64,000 nt of DNA from a virus (taxonomy: Duplodnaviria; Caudoviricetes). Made by a program: the position numbers and the translations under genes. The notes under the pieces were generated by a model. The model was given only the letters and a program-made list of their open reading frames with translations, made no database searches and was not told the DNA's origin. This document shows positions 60,202 through 64,000 of this stretch, one piece after another; the stretch's first letter is position 1; every line of letters starts with the position of its first letter. Location of the stretch: IMG/VR virus record IMGVR_UViG_3300033062_002302; one strand, given 5' to 3'.

Positions 60202-62144
60202 TTCCCATTAAATATAATGTAAAAACGCCATTTGGACAATTAAGATTAGGAAAAATCTCTTCTTATGACTTGTCGCGTGGCATTGCTAAAGTAGAGCTTT
60301 CTAATAGTGATGAAATTGGCGGTAGTCCACTTATTGTCAACATTCCTATTCCAAACGGCTTCTTTTCTAATGATGGTATTTTTATTGGATCCTCTGTTAA
60401 AGTCAATACTCCTATTGTGGTTGGAAGGGGAGAGTCAACTAATTGGTATTTCGTTTCATTTGTTATTAGCGATCCTAATCGACTTCCTTCTTTAAAAGAA
60501 GGTGAGCTTTTACTGCAAACGTCTGATACAAATAAAATTCTATTAGATAAAAATAATAGCTTAATTAATATTGGATCCGATCTAAATTTATTAAGTGTTA
60601 ATTCAAAGAAAAAATCCATTAGTTCAACTTCAGATAATTTTTATCATTTTGGAGAAGATTCTAGAAACATTTCAGGAATTATCAAGCGAGATCAAAAGCC
60701 TGCGAAAGATTTTCCAGATTCATTAAAATTATCATCTGATAATTATGATAGCACGCTTTATGAAATTTCATTAGATCCAACCAGCACAACTTCATTGTCT
60801 TTCTCTGGAGGAAGAGCTAAGAACCCGCCTTTCATTGAAAAACGAGAGATCGTTTATGAATTTGCTTATTCTTATAATGTTAAAGATGATTTGACGGAGT
60901 CTCAATTTTATCAGAATGCTGGTGTAAAAAACGAAAAGCCACTATCTTCTAGAAAAGCAAGCAAAGCCGATACTTTAAGTTTAGGATTAAATGATCCTAA
61001 TTATTTAATGGAAACGGTTAAAGGAACGGTTGTTGATATCTTTGGAAAAATCTTAGATATAAACAGATTTCCAATACCCATTGGCTCAAAAGATTTAACT
61101 TTGAAAGTAGATGAAAGTGGCAACATTAAAGATAATGTCTTTAATAATATTAAAGAAAAAGAAAGAAAAAGCCTTGCTTATCATTTTGAAATTAATGCTC
61201 GTAAAGATTTGACTGGTAAAAATGGGCAAATAAAATTACCTGACATTACTTCTAAAGTAAATTATGCTAAGGAAAGAAGCAGATTCTTTTTAGATATTGA
61301 TAAAGAGGGACAATTTAAAGTTAATGTTCCGGCGTCTAGTGAAACTGGCAACATTTCATTGCTAACTCGATACGAAAATTTTTCAACCTTTAAATCAGAG
61401 AATGAAGTTAATTCAGACAAGGTTGATATTTTTCAAGATTCATTTGCTATCGGAGATATTACAATCAATGGCGAGACCGGAGTTAATACGCCAAAGGATA
61501 GAATAGATGGAGATCATATTAAGCACGGAACTGCTTATCATTCTATTTCTAATTCTTTTGAAACCTACGCTCCAGCAACCTCAAGTTTATATTTAGACTT
61601 TCAATATGAAGAAAGTATTAATTTATTAGGTCTTCCTAAAATTGCCAATATTGTTTCTCCCGTTATTACAACCGAAGGTCCTAATGCTAATGGCGGCGGA
61701 CGAAGTGGAAGCCTGAGCTTTGATGGTTCTCTAGAATTCAACGTTGGAGCTAATACTATAGATAGACAATCTATTTGGCTAGATACTGCTGGTAGTATTA
61801 TTGGAATGGTTGGTCGAGATAAAAACAATATAAGTGCAGCATGGTCTCTTGATGGAGATTTAATCGTTCAAATTGGTGGAAAAGGAATTTCGGAAGATTC
61901 TAGATTTAATAAATTAAACAATCAGCATAGAGCAGGAGTCCTTGATATTCGAGTTATTAACTCTGGCTCTAACGTATCAATAATTAGAATTGATGATACT
62001 GGAGTAATTGTTGCTACTCCGGGCTCATTATCTGTCAAGGCTAGAGATATAAATATAAGCGCAACAGGACAATTGATTTTAGAAGGAGATAGAGTTTCTA
62101 TCAATCAACGAGAAGTTCTAAAGTTTCCAGCCCCGTCAATTTAA
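60198..62144 (+). CDS. Baseplate central spike-like protein
   Basis: N-terminal OB-fold-like G.I...D...G.A.V and LKEGE; C-terminal beta-strand repeats. Confidence 0.55.
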   Translation: MIPIKYNVKTPFGQLRLGKISSYDLSRGIAKVELSNSDEIGGSPLIVNIPIPNGFFSNDGIFIGSSVKVNTPIVVGRGESTNWYFVSFVISDPNRLPSLKEGELLLQTSDTNKILLDKNNSLINIGSDLNLLSVNSKKKSISSTSDNFYHFGEDSRNISGIIKRDQKPAKDFPDSLKLSSDNYDSTLYEISLDPTSTTSLSFSGGRAKNPPFIEKREIVYEFAYSYNVKDDLTESQFYQNAGVKNEKPLSSRKASKADTLSLGLNDPNYLMETVKGTVVDIFGKILDINRFPIPIGSKDLTLKVDESGNIKDNVFNNIKEKERKSLAYHFEINARKDLTGKNGQIKLPDITSKVNYAKERSRFFLDIDKEGQFKVNVPASSETGNISLLTRYENFSTFKSENEVNSDKVDIFQDSFAIGDITINGETGVNTPKDRIDGDHIKHGTAYHSISNSFETYAPATSSLYLDFQYEESINLLGLPKIANIVSPVITTEGPNANGGGRSGSLSFDGSLEFNVGANTIDRQSIWLDTAGSIIGMVGRDKNNISAAWSLDGDLIVQIGGKGISEDSRFNKLNNQHRAGVLDIRVINSGSNVSIIRIDDTGVIVATPGSLSVKARDINISATGQLILEGDRVSINQREVLKFPAPSI

Positions 62145-62152
62145 AGGATAAT

Positions 62153-62503
62153 ATGAAAAAATTAAGCAAAATAACCTATGATCGATTACTTGCTCAAGCC
62201 GAAGAAGCTAAAGAGCTAGGATTTGATTATCTTGAAGAAGGAATAATTTCATCTATTGGAGATGAACCGACTGAAAATCAAGAGACTTATTCTTCTCTTC
62301 AATTAGATAAAGATATTTATAATGATCTTTGGAAAATTGCAGTCAACGTTATTGCTTATCATGGAGCTAAGGTAGTAGACGCTTCTAAAGTAGATGATGT
62401 TATTTCAAAATTAGCCGAAACAGTTCTTTCTGAACTAGAAGCTTCTTTAGGCAAAGAAAATGAGATAAGTCCTCAGGAACCAAAGCTTCCAGGTCAAAAA
62501 TAA
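62153..62503 (+). CDS. Acidic hypothetical protein
   Basis: 116-aa ORF with AAGGA SD. Confidence 0.7.
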   Translation: MKKLSKITYDRLLAQAEEAKELGFDYLEEGIISSIGDEPTENQETYSSLQLDKDIYNDLWKIAVNVIAYHGAKVVDASKVDDVISKLAETVLSELEASLGKENEISPQEPKLPGQK

Positions 62504-62528
62504 AGATATTGATATATAAACAATTAGA

Positions 62529-64000
62529 ATGCCTTGTAATCCCGATGACGTCACAGTAACAGAACCTAGTGGACCGGCAGCATCGCCAATCCCAGGCTTT
62601 GGTACGCCATTTGCGCCATCTCTTCCCAGCATTAGTCTTCCATATCCTACTGGATTTCCAGAGGATCTTTTGGAAATCATGGATTTATTGCAGTTTATTC
62701 TTCCTTCTGGGACGATTAAACCACCTCTAAATCCTAATTTCGGCAAAGATACTTTTGATGGCATCATGAAATTGTTAGATCAATTCTTTCCATTTCTAAT
62801 GATGTATAAATTTTTTCTTCCAATATTAGATTTAATTATTTGCATTATCGAAGTTTTATGTGCCATTCAAAATCCAGTTAAACTTATTAAGGCTCTGAAA
62901 AGGCTGTTCCGAACCTGCCTTCCAGCTTTCTTGGCTCTTTTTCCAATTTTCGCATTAATATTAATGTTAATATCATTGCTGCTATTAATATTAGCTTTGA
63001 TTGAATATATTATTGCTCAAATTCTAGCTCTTATTAACTTAATTTTATCTAACATTAAAATCATTGTTAAAGCAACAGCCAAGGCTGATGGACCAAGCAT
63101 TTTATCGGCTGTTGCCAAGCTTGGAAGTATTTTATGTTCATTTCAAAACTTCTTTGTTTTATTTGCTATCTTTAAATCTATAATTGATTTAATTAAAGAT
63201 ATCTTAAAGCTTTTCTTTAAAATTCCTCCATGTTCAGATAGTGATTCTTCAGATGAAGATAACTGTTGTACGACGGATGTTTGTCCAGCATTCATTAAGA
63301 ATAATGAAACTTTCTTTAGAACAACTGGAACCTTTCAATACTTTAATCAAGTGGCAGTTGACTCTGGCATTGCGTTACCTCTTGTCTTTGGTCCACTTGT
63401 TTCTGTAAAGCGCCCAGAGTCTTGGCAGTTTTTTGATTCTAGTGCTTCAATTTTGGAAGCTTTTATTAACATTACGCAGCCATATGATCTCCCTTCAGGC
63501 GTTAATAAAGTTTTCTTCCCAACGGATGGAACTTATAACGCAGCAACTCCATTTAGTCAAGCTCCATATACAGTTGATATTAGGTTATTCTATGAGCCTG
63601 CTAAGTTTAATAGGATAGATGAAAAGGGAGCAAGGTTCGTTAGAATTAAAGATTGTATTGTGACTCAAGCTCCATCAACCAATTTAATGACCTATGATGC
63701 TGGCTCTGTTTTACAACCAAAGGGAGTTCTAGATATTATTGGCGGCAATGTTTATGAAGATGATGGATTAATTCAAGTCTTTGTTGATGGAAAACTTGCA
63801 ACGCTTCAAAGCCTCATTCATCTTCCATCTGTCACTTCAGCTAATCCAGTTATGTCGCCTTCAGATGGCTATACATTAAATGATGTTGAATATGACTTTA
63901 AAATTAATCACGAAGTTCTACTTCAAAAAGCTTTAATTACATTAGGGTGTGTTCCTACCGTCGCCTTAGATCGTGCATTCGTCAATACTGTTTTCGGTGG
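62529..64000 (+). CDS. 3'-truncated baseplate-region protein with a long hydrophobic helical segment (not in ORF track)
   Basis: ATG 62529 is open to the window end: MPCNPDD...LDLIICIIEVLCAI...FALILMLISLLLLILALIEYIIAQILALINLIL...CCTTDVCP... Confidence 0.85.
   Translation, partial: MPCNPDDVTVTEPSGPAASPIPGFGTPFAPSLPSISLPYPTGFPEDLLEIMDLLQFILPSGTIKPPLNPNFGKDTFDGIMKLLDQFFPFLMMYKFFLPILDLIICIIEVLCAIQNPVKLIKALKRLFRTCLPAFLALFPIFALILMLISLLLLILALIEYIIAQILALINLILSNIKIIVKATAKADGPSILSAVAKLGSILCSFQNFFVLFAIFKSIIDLIKDILKLFFKIPPCSDSDSSDEDNCCTTDVCPAFIKNNETFFRTTGTFQYFNQVAVDSGIALPLVFGPLVSVKRPESWQFFDSSASILEAFINITQPYDLPSGVNKVFFPTDGTYNAATPFSQAPYTVDIRLFYEPAKFNRIDEKGARFVRIKDCIVTQAPSTNLMTYDAGSVLQPKGVLDIIGGNVYEDDGLIQVFVDGKLATLQSLIHLPSVTSANPVMSPSDGYTLNDVEYDFKINHEVLLQKALITLGCVPTVALDRAFVNTVFG

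Noticed and set aside
45933-62144. Bacterial contractile injection system or tailocin
   Set aside because: A capsid gene, neck genes and many homing endonucleases in the same region indicate a genuine phage
62447-63618. Listed ORFs 62447..62767 (-) and 63433..63618 (+)
   Set aside because: Shadows of the long + strand ORF starting at 62529
1-64000. Stop-codon reassignment; tRNA or rRNA genes
   Set aside because: Genes tile densely under the standard code, and the short intergenic gaps show no recognisable cloverleaf or rRNA sequence

Overview
AT-rich, gene-dense segment of a large tailed dsDNA phage (jumbo myovirus-like, standard genetic code). It covers much of the virion morphogenesis region: major capsid protein, neck/collar proteins, tail terminator, contractile sheath, tube, frameshifted tail assembly chaperone, tape measure and baseplate. 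Embedded in it are: (i) a 2572-aa Thr/Ser/Gln-rich collagen-like fibre gene followed by a lectin-like gene, two glycosyltransferases and a C-methyl deoxysugar pathway, i.e. a likely virion glycosylation module; (ii) eight HNH or PD-(D/E)XK endonuclease-like genes, one of which splits the large glycosyltransferase with no room for an intron; (iii) a tandem array of three paralogous, possibly ADP-ribosyltransferase-like proteins. Two proteome-level patterns stand out. The tripeptide DGY occurs 21 times in ten neck/collar/sheath-region proteins and is almost absent elsewhere (candidate modification sequon or docking tag). A portable terminal helix, LxxK(I/V)xxFxxL(A/T), is shared by unrelated enzymes (candidate capsid-packaging tag). 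All functional calls come from reading motifs and synteny by eye; no database searches were run.
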